A stretch of DNA of 64,000 nt from an uncultured delta proteobacterium (GTDB taxonomy: Bacteria > Myxococcota_A > Polyangia > Polyangiales > B10-G4): contig CAVSGI010000011.1 of assembly GCA_963727445.1 (NCBI GenBank), positions 110,954-174,953 on the forward strand. The letters are read 5' to 3'. The position numbers and the translations under genes are program-made. The notes under the pieces are model-generated. The model saw only the letters and a program-made list of their open reading frames with translations. It was not told the origin of the DNA and made no database searches. Every line of letters starts with the position of its first letter. The stretch's first letter is position 1. Shown piece after piece: positions 9,477-23,976 of the stretch.

Positions 9477-11285
9477 GTGCTACCCGAGGGAGACACGCCT
9501 TCCAAAGAGCTCTCGATCAGCGACTTCGAGCTGGAGTCCGATCCCACGCCGGCTCTCGTCGAGGAGCGTGAGCGGAAATTCGGGCGGTATCGGCTGAAGT
9601 ACCAGATCGCTTCGGGGGGTATGGCGTCGGTCTTCCTCGCCGGGGCCGCGGGGGCCGCGGGCTTCGAAAAGCCGGTCGCGATCAAGCGGATGCATCCCCA
9701 TCTCGCTCGCCGCAAAGCCTACGTCGACATGTTCCTCGACGAGGCGAAGATCACCTCGCGCATCAACCACCCGAACGTCTGCCAGGTCTTCGATTTCGGC
9801 GAGATGGACGGCGCCTACTACATGGCGATGGAGTACCTGGTGGGCGAGCCGCTCAGCACGGTGCTCGCGTACGTGCAGAAGGCCAAGCTCCAATCGTCTC
9901 CGAAGTGGCTCGCCATCGCCGCGCGAATCATGGCGAGCGTCTGCGAGGGGCTTCACGCCTCGCACGAGCTCCGCGACTCCTCGGGACAGACGCTGGAGGT
10001 CGTGCACCGCGACGTGTCGCCCTCGAACATCATCGTCAGCTTCGACGGCGGCGTGAAGGTCGTCGACTTCGGCGTGGCCAAAGCGCGCGGGCGCATCCAT
10101 CAGACCACCACCGGAACGCTCAAGGGCAAGTTCAGCTACATGGCGCCGGAGCAGGTGCGCGGTCAGCCGATCGATCGCCGAGCCGACGTGTGGTCGGTCG
10201 GTGTGTGCTTGTGGGAGATGCTCACCTGCAAGCGTCTGTTCAAGCGTGGCTCCGAGATGGAGACGCTCCTCGCGGTGGGGCAAGGCGACATCCCCAGCCC
10301 GTCGGCGCTGAACCCGGTGGTGCCCCCGTCGCTCTCGGCCATCGCGCTTCATGCGCTGGAGCGCGACGTGAACAATCGCTATGCCACGACGCGCGAGGTC
10401 TCGCGGGCGCTCGAGGCGTGGCTCCGCAGCCAGGAGCAGCCCGCGGGGATGGCGGACATCGCGGACTTCCTCGCGTCGACGCTGACGCGCGAGCACGCGT
10501 CGAAGGTGCTCTTCGTGCAGACGGCGATGCGGGAGCGCTCCGACGACATGATGGTGGCGGCGGCTCAGACGCGGGTCCTGGGTGGAGGCCCCGCGACCGC
10601 CGTCTCCAATACGCCGCCGGCCTTTTCGGAGTCGAAGTCCCACACCCGTCCCATCGCTGGGCCCGAGGAGGTGACTTCATCCAAATCGACCACCACCGGT
10701 GGCGGCCCGAACGTGGTGGCGCTCTCGGCGGCGGCGACCGTCCTCTTGGCTGCGCTGGTCGCCGCGGTGATCGGCGTGGTCTACGCCTTCACCAACGAAG
10801 ACGACACCACCCCGACCGCCACCCCCCTGGTCGACCCGCCGGTGCCGGTGACTCCGGACGAGCCGGAGTCGGAGCCGGAGGAGGTGCAGCCGCCCGAGGT
10901 CGAGCAGGAGACCGGTTTGAGCGACGCCGAGCGGGCGGAGCTGATCCGGCTCCGCGAAGAAGCCGAGCGCTTGCGCCAGGAGCGCGAGGAGGCCGAGCGG
11001 CTTCGGCGGGAGGAGGAGGCCCGCCAGGCCCAGCAGGCCCAGCAGGTGCGCAACACGCGGTCGATGCGCAGCCCGATGACCGGACCGCCGGGGAGCCTCT
11101 TCCTCTTCGGACTGGCGGGTGCGCGGATTCAGATCGACGGCCGGCCGCGCGGGGTCACGCCGAAGATGATCGAGGGGCTTTCACCCGGCCGCCACAGCGT
11201 GGTGCTTCAGAAGGACGGACAGACGCGCGAGTTCGGCGCGACCATTTCGTCTGGAGAAGTCACGCGCCGCCGTATTACCTTCTGA
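9477..11285 (+). CDS. Ser/Thr protein kinase with TM helix and C-terminal PEGA domain
   Basis: ASGGMASVF, VAIK, HRDVSPSN, DFG, GKFSYMAPE; C-terminal GARIQIDG...LSPGRHSVVL. Confidence 0.93.
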   Translation: MLPEGDTPSKELSISDFELESDPTPALVEERERKFGRYRLKYQIASGGMASVFLAGAAGAAGFEKPVAIKRMHPHLARRKAYVDMFLDEAKITSRINHPNVCQVFDFGEMDGAYYMAMEYLVGEPLSTVLAYVQKAKLQSSPKWLAIAARIMASVCEGLHASHELRDSSGQTLEVVHRDVSPSNIIVSFDGGVKVVDFGVAKARGRIHQTTTGTLKGKFSYMAPEQVRGQPIDRRADVWSVGVCLWEMLTCKRLFKRGSEMETLLAVGQGDIPSPSALNPVVPPSLSAIALHALERDVNNRYATTREVSRALEAWLRSQEQPAGMADIADFLASTLTREHASKVLFVQTAMRERSDDMMVAAAQTRVLGGGPATAVSNTPPAFSESKSHTRPIAGPEEVTSSKSTTTGGGPNVVALSAAATVLLAALVAAVIGVVYAFTNEDDTTPTATPLVDPPVPVTPDEPESEPEEVQPPEVEQETGLSDAERAELIRLREEAERLRQEREEAERLRREEEARQAQQAQQVRNTRSMRSPMTGPPGSLFLFGLAGARIQIDGRPRGVTPKMIEGLSPGRHSVVLQKDGQTREFGATISSGEVTRRRITF

Positions 11286-11288
11286 GCC

Positions 11289-12614
<1,326 letters not shown>

Positions 12615-12770
12615 CGGACGCACGCAGCGGCCGAAGGCCGGTGGGTGAGTGGTGGCGGGCCAATGGAGACTGCGTCCGCTCTCACTTCCGCTCACCAGCC
12701 TCCCAACTCCGCGAAACTCCATGCCTCTCCGCCCTACTTCCACCCCCTTCTAGCTGGTAGGATGCCCCCC

Positions 12771-14816
<2,046 letters not shown>

Positions 14817-14819
14817 ACG

Positions 14820-15749
14820 ATGAGACTTACTTGCTTTGTCGCGGCGATCGCCTTCGTCGTGGTCTTGCCGCTCACGGCCGCTGCGCAGGACGACGCGCGC
14901 GAGCTCTTCATGAGGGGCCAGACCGCATACAACCAGGGCGACTACGACACCGCCATCGAGTCCTGGAACAGCGCCTGGGAGCTCGATCCCCGGCCGCTGA
15001 TTCAATACAACCTCAGCCAGGCCTACGAGCGCCTCGGCCGGCTCACCGAAGCGGGTGCCGCCCTCGACCTCTACCTCGAGCACGCGGACCCCTCGGACGA
15101 GAACCAGGCCAACGCGCGCGCACGACGTGCTTCGATTCGCGAACGCATCGCGCGCACCGGCATCGTCGTGGAGGGCGGTCCGGACGGCTCGACCATCTCC
15201 GTCGACGGCCAGGAATGGGGACGCACCCCGCGCCCGGATCGCATCACCGTCGACCCCGGCTCGCACCAGGTCGTGGTCAGCCACGAGGGCTACTCGGATT
15301 TCCGTAGCTCCGTCGTGGTCCCCGCCGGCGACACCGTCACCCTCAGCGTCGAGATGTCCGAGAGCGCCGGCGGTGGTGGTGGTGGCGGCGGCGGTGGCGG
15401 TGGTGGCGGCGGCGGCGAAGCCTCCGGCGGCGGACCCGGCATCGTGCCCTGGCTATTGGTCGGCGGCGGCGCTGCCCTGATCATCGGCGGCTCGATCGTC
15501 GGCCTGGTAGCACTCGGCCAGGCGAACGACGCGCCCAGCGCCGACAGCCCCGAAGCCGACACGGCCCGCGGACTCGCGCTTGTCGCCGATATCCTGGCTT
15601 TCACGGGCGCCGCGGCGGTGGCCGGCGGGCTCATCTGGTTCTTCCTCGCCAACAAGAGCAGCGACGAAGACGTTGCGGAGCTCGACCTCGACGTCTATCC
15701 CGTGGTCGGCCCCAACGTCGCAGGCGCCGGGGCTAGCTTGAGGTTCTGA
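14820..15749 (+). CDS. TPR + PEGA membrane protein with poly-Gly linker
   Basis: Signal peptide; TPR (ARELFMRGQTAYNQGDY...YNLSQAYERLG); PEGA (ISVDGQEWG...DPGSHQVVV); two hydrophobic helices; terminal Phe. Confidence 0.85.
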   Translation: MRLTCFVAAIAFVVVLPLTAAAQDDARELFMRGQTAYNQGDYDTAIESWNSAWELDPRPLIQYNLSQAYERLGRLTEAGAALDLYLEHADPSDENQANARARRASIRERIARTGIVVEGGPDGSTISVDGQEWGRTPRPDRITVDPGSHQVVVSHEGYSDFRSSVVVPAGDTVTLSVEMSESAGGGGGGGGGGGGGGGGEASGGGPGIVPWLLVGGGAALIIGGSIVGLVALGQANDAPSADSPEADTARGLALVADILAFTGAAAVAGGLIWFFLANKSSDEDVAELDLDVYPVVGPNVAGAGASLRF

Positions 15750-16405
15750 TGATGAAGCGGATCGCTCTGTTCACGATTCTTCTGGCGGCGGCCACCGGCT
15801 GCTCGGCGGTCGTCAAGAACACCCTCGACATGAAGGGGGGCGATGGCGGGACCACCGACACAGGCCCCACCGGCTGCACGACCAATGACGACTGCACCGA
15901 CGGCAACCCCTGCAACGGCCTCGAGACCTGCGAGTCCGGCAGCTGCCGCAACGGCGACTCGATGCCGGACGGCACCCCCTGCCCCCTCGACATGGGTGGG
16001 ATGGGCATGTGCATGGGCGCGATGTGCGTTCCGCCCGAGGGCTGCGGCGACGGCGTGACGCAGCCGCCGCTCGACGAGGAGTGCGATGACGGCGCCAACG
16101 GCGACCCCAACGACGGATGCACCGACGACTGCCACTACAGCTGTCACAGCGATGGCGAATGCGACGACGGCTTCGTCTGCAATGGGATGGAGCGATGCAT
16201 GATCCCGGGCGTGATGAACCTTCGTTCGTGCCGCCCCGCTGCTCTCCTGGCGGCGGAGGGCACCCCCTGTGACAGCCCCGCATTCACGGGCGGCATGTGC
16301 CGCACCATGATGGGCCCGCCCCTCTGCTGTCAGGGGACCAGCCCCGACACGTGCTGTGGTCCCGACATGACGGGCGAGATCGTCTGCATGCCCACGACAC
16401 CCTGA
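15749..16405 (+). CDS. Cys-rich lipoprotein with myxobacterial cysteine-rich repeat
   Basis: Lipobox-like ATGC; CTDGNPCNGLETC and CGDG...EECDDG repeats. Confidence 0.8.
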   Translation: MMKRIALFTILLAAATGCSAVVKNTLDMKGGDGGTTDTGPTGCTTNDDCTDGNPCNGLETCESGSCRNGDSMPDGTPCPLDMGGMGMCMGAMCVPPEGCGDGVTQPPLDEECDDGANGDPNDGCTDDCHYSCHSDGECDDGFVCNGMERCMIPGVMNLRSCRPAALLAAEGTPCDSPAFTGGMCRTMMGPPLCCQGTSPDTCCGPDMTGEIVCMPTTP

Positions 16406-16421
16406 GCGAAACGGTCGGTTC

Positions 16422-16475
16422 TGGGGTCCGGACCCCATGTCGGGAGATTGCAAGCTTCCGCACACTCCGTAGAAT
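16422..16475 (+). promoter_or_regulatory. Perfect 16-bp palindrome followed by a sigma70-like promoter
   Basis: TGGGGTCCGGACCCCA at 16422-16437; TTGCAA (16448)-N16-TAGAAT (16470) upstream of the gene at 16544. Confidence 0.45.
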
Positions 16476-16543
16476 GGGCGTTGGTCTCGGGCTCGAGCTG
16501 GGGGGGAGGAACCGCCAGGCGCAGCCGCGAGCGGGAGTCCACC

Positions 16544-17944
16544 ATGAACGAGCTTACGATCCTTCGCGCCGCTGCCATCGCGCTGGCGCTTCCATTTTTC
16601 GTGACGGCCTGCGGCGACGACGGAGGCACGACCACCGACGCAGCCATGGACGGCACCACCGACACCGGCACCACCATGGGTGACGGTGGGGGAGACGGCG
16701 GAGGGGACGGGGGTAGCGTCGACTGCGCCACGGCGGCCGACGGCACGGCGTGCGGAGGCAACCTCATCTGCGTCGGCGGCGACTGCCAGCCCAGCAGCTG
16801 CGGCGACGGCTACGTGGACATGGACGCGGGCGAGGGCTGCGACGACGGCAACAGCGTGCCCGGCGACGGATGCGAGCCGGAGAGTTGCCAGCTCACCTGC
16901 ACCGAGGATGCGAACTGCGACGATGGCGACCCCTGTAACGGCGCCGAGACCTGCAACGTCTCGCTGAACCGCTGTCAGGCCGGCAGCCCGATGCCGGGCA
17001 CCCCGTGCACGCAGGACGACGGGAGCGACGGCGTGTGCTCCGGCTTGCTCTGCGCGGCGCCTGGCTGCGGCAACGACGTGGTCGACGGCAGCGAAGAGTG
17101 CGACGACGGGGCCAACGGCGACAACGCCGACGGCTGCCGTGACGACTGCACCTTCACCTGCGACATGGACAGCCCCTGCTCCGACAGCAACGCCTGCAAC
17201 GGGGAAGAGGATTGCGACCTCACGACCCACACCTGCATGGCCGGCACGGCCCTCGATTGCGACGACAGCGATCCGTGCACCGCGGACTCCTGCGACATGA
17301 TGGCCGGCTGTGTCAATGACCTGATCGACGGTGACGGCGATGGCTACGCCGCGCCGACCTGCACCACCAGTGGCCTGATGGGCGGCGACTGTGACGACAG
17401 CGACCCGACCGCCTATCCCGGCGCGCCGGAGGGCTGCGACATGGTCGACAACGACTGCAACGGGATGGTCGACGACGGGACGGTCGACATCGATTGCCAG
17501 CGCGACCTCGACGGGGACGGGTACGGCAACGCCTTCGACGTCGTCACCGCCTGCACCTGCCCCACGGGCTACATCCCCCCGCACCCGAGCGGCTCCACCG
17601 ATTGCGACGACACCAACGCCAACGTCAATCCGGGTGTGACGACGTATCACACGACGTATTACTGCCCGGGTGGCACCTCCTGCGATGCGACCACGGGTAG
17701 CTACGACTGGAACTGCTCGGGCACGGAGGAGAAGCAGTATGGCTCCACGTCGACGGGTTGCGCGTTCAGCTGCCTCGGCGGCTTCTGCTACTGCCGCGGC
17801 AGCGGCTGGACCCTGTCCTCGGTGCCGGCGTGCGGCAATCCGCCCTTCTTCATCATCGGTGGACACAACTACCGCAACTGCGGGGCTTCCGGCATCAGCC
17901 TCTGTGCCGAGACCCTGGTCAATCGACGCCAGGCTTGCCGCTGA
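16544..17944 (+). CDS. Cys/Asp-rich lipoprotein (CGDG/ECDDG repeats and DCDD..PGAPE..CD..DNDC putative metal-binding motif)
   Basis: Lipobox VTAC after a hydrophobic leader; repeated CDDG, DGDGDGY and YPGAPEGCDMVDNDC. Confidence 0.85.
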   Translation: MNELTILRAAAIALALPFFVTACGDDGGTTTDAAMDGTTDTGTTMGDGGGDGGGDGGSVDCATAADGTACGGNLICVGGDCQPSSCGDGYVDMDAGEGCDDGNSVPGDGCEPESCQLTCTEDANCDDGDPCNGAETCNVSLNRCQAGSPMPGTPCTQDDGSDGVCSGLLCAAPGCGNDVVDGSEECDDGANGDNADGCRDDCTFTCDMDSPCSDSNACNGEEDCDLTTHTCMAGTALDCDDSDPCTADSCDMMAGCVNDLIDGDGDGYAAPTCTTSGLMGGDCDDSDPTAYPGAPEGCDMVDNDCNGMVDDGTVDIDCQRDLDGDGYGNAFDVVTACTCPTGYIPPHPSGSTDCDDTNANVNPGVTTYHTTYYCPGGTSCDATTGSYDWNCSGTEEKQYGSTSTGCAFSCLGGFCYCRGSGWTLSSVPACGNPPFFIIGGHNYRNCGASGISLCAETLVNRRQACR

Positions 17945-17950
17945 GCTGAA

Positions 17951-19318
17951 GTGATGACCCGTTCACTCGTGCTGGTCGCCGTGGCCATGGCCGTGCTCGG
18001 CTCGGGCTGCGGCGACGACGGCTCTCCTCCCGCCGATGGTGGCGGTGACGCCACCGTCGACAGCGCCGCCGACGGCTCGATGGATTCCGGCATGCTTCCG
18101 AGCTGCGCGGGGATCGGCGACGGCGCCTCTTGCGGCGACGGCTTCATCTGTCTGTCGAGCGTGTGCGGGCCGAGCCGCTGCGGTGACGGCTTCGTCGACA
18201 CGGAGCGTGGTGAGTCCTGCGACGACGGCAACGCCATCAACGGGGACGGGTGCGACGACGACTGCACGGCGACATGCGCTGCCGACGCCGACTGTGACGA
18301 CGGCGACCCGTGCAACGGCGCCGAGACGTGCACCGACGCACGCTGCGTCCTGGGCCTGGTGCCCGCGGACGGCACCGCAACCTGCACCACGGCTGGCGGC
18401 GGCACCGACGGGACTTGCTACGGCGGCCTGTGCTCCCCGCCGGACTGCGGCAACGGCATGGTCGACACCGACGAGGATTGCGACGACGGCCGCAACGGCA
18501 ACAACGACGACGGGTGCCGAGACGACTGCACCTTCACCTGCACCGACGACACGAGCTGCGATGACGGCGACGCCTGTAACGGCGCGGAGACGTGCGATGC
18601 GACGGCGCATACGTGCACGAATCCCGACGACCTCGACTGCGATGACGCCGACGATTGCACCGCGGACTCCTGCGACACGGAGACCGGGTGCATCAACGCG
18701 CTCATCGACGGAGACATGGACGGCTACGCGGCGCCCACCTGCACCACCGCCGGTCTCATGGGTGACGACTGCGACGACGCGGATGACACGGTCTACCCGG
18801 GGGCGCCCGAGCTCTGCGACATGGTCGACAACGACTGCAACATGATGGTCGACGACGGCACAGCCGACGTGACCTGCCTCAGGGATCAGGACGGCGACGG
18901 TTATGGCGACGCGACCATGTCCATGAGCGCGTGCTCCTGTCCGATGGGCTACATCCCGCCACGCCCCGACATGGAGGTCGACTGCGAAGACGTCGGCTCG
19001 GTCGCAGCGAGCATCAACCCCGGCCAGATGACCTATTCGCCCGTCGGCTATTGCGCCGGCGGCGCGGTCTGCACACCCGCTGACGTCTCCTACGACTGGA
19101 ACTGCGACACGATGGAGGAGCAGCGTTGGACCCGGACCAATGTCTTCGCGTGCGTTCTGGGTGGTGGAGCATGCCGCGGCGGTGGCTGGACCGGGGCGAC
19201 GGTACCCGCCTGCGGTGAGATGGCGGAGTTCCGAACCTGCGCCATCGTGATGGGCCCGGGCGGTATCTTGTCCTGCTCCGAGACCGGCCTGGGGATGCGT
19301 ACGCAGGAGTGCCGCTGA
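17951..19318 (+). CDS. Cys/Asp-rich lipoprotein, tandem paralog of 16544-17944
   Basis: Lipobox GSGC; same block order and near-identical stretches (DGCRDDCTFTC, CTADSCD, YPGAPExCDMVDNDC, SYDWNC). Confidence 0.85.
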   Translation: MMTRSLVLVAVAMAVLGSGCGDDGSPPADGGGDATVDSAADGSMDSGMLPSCAGIGDGASCGDGFICLSSVCGPSRCGDGFVDTERGESCDDGNAINGDGCDDDCTATCAADADCDDGDPCNGAETCTDARCVLGLVPADGTATCTTAGGGTDGTCYGGLCSPPDCGNGMVDTDEDCDDGRNGNNDDGCRDDCTFTCTDDTSCDDGDACNGAETCDATAHTCTNPDDLDCDDADDCTADSCDTETGCINALIDGDMDGYAAPTCTTAGLMGDDCDDADDTVYPGAPELCDMVDNDCNMMVDDGTADVTCLRDQDGDGYGDATMSMSACSCPMGYIPPRPDMEVDCEDVGSVAASINPGQMTYSPVGYCAGGAVCTPADVSYDWNCDTMEEQRWTRTNVFACVLGGGACRGGGWTGATVPACGEMAEFRTCAIVMGPGGILSCSETGLGMRTQECR

Positions 19319-19370
19319 ACGGCCGGATTTCGCCCGTTCTAGCGCGCTCTTCACCTGCTAGACTGCCCGG

Positions 19371-20486
19371 GTGTCCCTGAAGATCGATCAGGACCATTCG
19401 CGCTTCCGCCAGATCGTTCGCGGAAAGATCCGCAAGAACCTGCGGAAGTACATCTCGCAGGGCGAGCTGATCGGCAAGCAGGGCAAGGACCTGGTCTCGA
19501 TCCCGATTCCGCAGATCGACATCCCGCGCTTCCGTTTCGCCGACAAGCAGCAGGGCGGCGTGGGGCAGGGCGACGGCGAGCCGGGGCGATCCGCTCTCCG
19601 GGCAGGAGGGCGAGGGCGACGGCGCGGGCCAGGCGGGTCAGGACGCCGGCGAGCACGTGCTCGAGGTCGACGTCACCCTCGACGAGCTCGCCGAGATCCT
19701 CGGCGAGGAGCTCGAGCTGCCGAACATCGAGAACCGCGGCAAGAGCACCATCATCGACAAGAAGGACCGCTACGTCGGCATCCGCCGCGTCGGTCCGAAC
19801 TCGCTCCGCCACTTCAAGCGCACCTACCGCAAGCGCGCTGCGGCGCCAGATCGCATCGGGCACCTACAACCCGAAGCACCCCATCATCATCCCGACCCGC
19901 GAGGACATGCGCTACCGCTCGTGGAAGACCGAAGAGGAGCCGGTCGCCAACGCGGTCATCATCTACATGATGGACGTCTCGGGCTCGATGGGGGACGAGC
20001 AGAAGGAGATCGTCCGCATCGAGTCCTTCTGGATCGATGCCTGGCTGCACCAAGCAGTACAAGGGCATCGAGACGCGCTTCATCATCCACGACGCCGTCG
20101 CGCGCGAGGTCGACCGCGAGACCTTCTTCCGCACGCGCGAGTCGGGCGGCACCATGATCTCGAGCGCCTACAAGCTCTGCAGCCAGATCATCGAGGAGGA
20201 CTATCCCGCCGGGCGAGTGGAACATCTACCCCTTCCACTTCTCCGACGGCGACAACTGGAGCGTGGACGACACGCTGCTTTGCATCGACCTGCTCAAGAA
20301 CAAGCTCCTGCCGGCCTCCAACGTGTTCTGCTTACGGTCAGGTCGAGAGCCCCTACGGCTCCGGGCAGTTCATCAAGGACCTCCGCGAGCACCTCAAGGA
20401 AGACGACCGGATCATCACCAGCGAGATCCGCGACCGCGACGCCATCGTCGACTCGATCCGCGAGTTCCTCGGGCAAGGGGAAGTGA
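19371..20486 (+). CDS. yeaH: YeaH/YhbH (DUF444) family protein, several apparent frameshifts
   Basis: Pieces in alternating frames: [54 protein letters not shown]. Probably intact in vivo. Confidence 0.85.
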
Positions 20487-20490
20487 CGCG

Positions 20491-22057
20491 ATGGGCAAGT
20501 TCGCTCTCAAGACTCAGCTCCCCGGCTACCTGTGGGACGAGCAGATGGCGATCGAGGAGATCGCTCGCGGCTACGGGCTCGACTTCTTCCCGACCATCTT
20601 CGAGGTCGCTCGAGCTACGACCAGATGAACGAGGTCGCGGCCTACGGCGGCTTCCCGACGCGCTATCCGCATTGGCGCTTCGGCATGGAGTACGAGCAGC
20701 TCGAGCAAGAGCAGCGAGTACGGCCTGTCGAAGATCTACGAGATGGTGATCAACAACAACCCGGCCATCGCCTATCTGCTCGAGGGCAACAGCCTGGTCG
20801 ATCAGAAGCTGGTCATGGCGCACGTGTACGCGCACGTCGACTTCTTCAAGAACAACTTCACCTTCGCGACGACCAACCAGGGCGTCGATCCACAGACCGG
20901 CGAGCCGATCCGCAAGTGGATCGACACCATGGCCAACCACGGCGCCGTCGTGCGCCGCTGGGCGAACCGCGTCGGCATCGAGAAGGTCGAGGCGTTCATC
21001 GACAGCTGCCTGAGCCTCGAGAACCTCATCGACCCCAACGAAGCCCTTCACCCGCCCAAGCGCTCCGTGACCGAGGACAAGAACGAGATCGACGGCGCGG
21101 AAGAGGCGCTGCCCGAGGAGCTGGCGCTCCTCCGAGTCGATCACGACTACATGGAGTCCTACATCAACCCGGAGGAGTTCATCGACGCCCAGCGGGAGAA
21201 GCTCGAGGCCGAGCGCGAGAAGCAGGAGCGGAAGTTCCCGGAGAGCCCCGACCGCGACGTGCTGGGCTTCCTGCTCGAGCACGCGCCGCTCGAGCGCTGG
21301 GAGCGCGACATCCTCGACGGTCATCCGGCGCGAGGCCTACTACTTCTGGCCGCAGATGCAGACCAAGATCATGAACGAGGGCTGGGCCTTCGTACTGGCA
21401 CTCGCGGATGATGACCGAGAAGGTCTGCGACGTCGGCGAGATCATCGAGTACGCCGACCGCTGCGCGTCGGTGCTGGCCACCGACGGCAAGGCCGCTGAA
21501 CCCCTACAAGCTCGGCGTCGAGCTCTATCCGGCACATCGAGGAGCGCTGGGACAAGGGGCAGTTCGGCAAGGAGTGGGATGAGTGCGACGACCTCGAGGC
21601 ACGCCAGCAACTGGGACCGCCGCACGGGCTCGGGACGCAAGAAGATCTTCGAGGTCCGCGCGCTCTACAACGACGTGACCTTCATCGACGAGTTCCTCAC
21701 CCCGGACTTCGTCGTCGACCAGAAGCTCTACACCTTCGGTTTCAACCAGCGCAACGACCGCTGGGAGATCGAGACGCGGCAGTTCGAGGAGGTGAAGCAG
21801 AAGCTGCTCTTCTCGCCTCACGAACGCCGGGCAGCCCTTCATCTACGTGACGGACACCAACCACGAGAACCGCGGTGAGCTCCTGCTCGCGCACGACCAC
21901 CAGGGCATCGACCTGCGCCTCGACTACGCGCGCGAGGTGCTCACGTCGATCGTGCGCGTGTGGCGGCGCCCGGTGGAGATCCACACCATGGTCGATGGTA
22001 AGCCTGCGCTGATGCGCTTCGACGGGAGCGAGCACGTCCAGCGCCCGCTGAAGTGCA
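20491..22057 (+). CDS. spoVR: SpoVR/YcgB family protein, several apparent frameshifts
   Basis: [53 protein letters not shown] fragments in shifting frames; probable stop AAG-TG(C)A at about 22054. Confidence 0.85.
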
Positions 22058-22654
22058 GCTGGACTGCGCCGGCGCAGTTCTCGACCAGGAAGGTCGCGGG
22101 CGCGTTGCGATCGCGGGCGCGTGCACCTCGCGCGCGATCGTCGGGTCGAGGCCGAGGGGGAGCCCCACGCACTGGATGCTGCCCTGAAGCGTCGGGCCGT
22201 TCATCGACTCCCCGAACATGATGTCGAACAGCGGCAGGGGATCGGACATCCGGTGGGCGGGTCGTCGCCACAGCTGTCCGGCGGCACGTTGCCGCCCACC
22301 GCACCGGTGTAGGCGCTGTCGTCCTCGGTCACGGTGATCTGGCCGTTGCCCACGGGGCCGCCGCTCTTGCTCACGACGTTGTTTCGGAGCTGCAACCCGT
22401 AGTCCGCGCCCGTCTGGTTGTCGAAGCTCAAGTCCAGCAGCCACTGATCGCCGGCGTCGGTGACGGTGCAGGAGATCGAGTTGCCGTCCTGGCCGATCCA
22501 GGGTCTCGATCATGCGCGCGGGGATGCCGGAGCATCCGCCGGTCGTTCGCGCACGACACCTGGTAGTTCAGGACCATGAACAACGGCAGTGTCACCGCCG
22601 CCAGCAGGCGGTGAGGGTCGGACGCGATCGCGACGACCGAAGTAGGCTAAGCAT
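22055..22654 (-). CDS. Hypothetical (lipo)protein, multiply frameshifted
   Basis: Stitched fragments: ...TLTAC..GGGD..., [22 protein letters not shown]..., GSIQCVGLP..., FLVENCAG; boundaries approximate. Confidence 0.5.
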
Positions 22655-22764
22655 TCAGCGCTCTCCCAGCGGACCTCGTCCGTGCGGTCCGCGAGAGTCC
22701 CTCTGGGGCGCCGCCAGGCTAGCAACCCGATCGGGCGGGCCGTCCAATTCGGATCCCTTCGAGC

Positions 22765-23935
<1,171 letters not shown>

Positions 23936-23976
23936 GGGAGGGGACTCTCGCACACTGCTAACCTCTGAGCACGACC

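Noticed and set aside
15368..15417. GGC/GGT trinucleotide run as a contingency locus
   Set aside because: In-frame mixed-codon poly-Gly linker; length changes would not switch expression.
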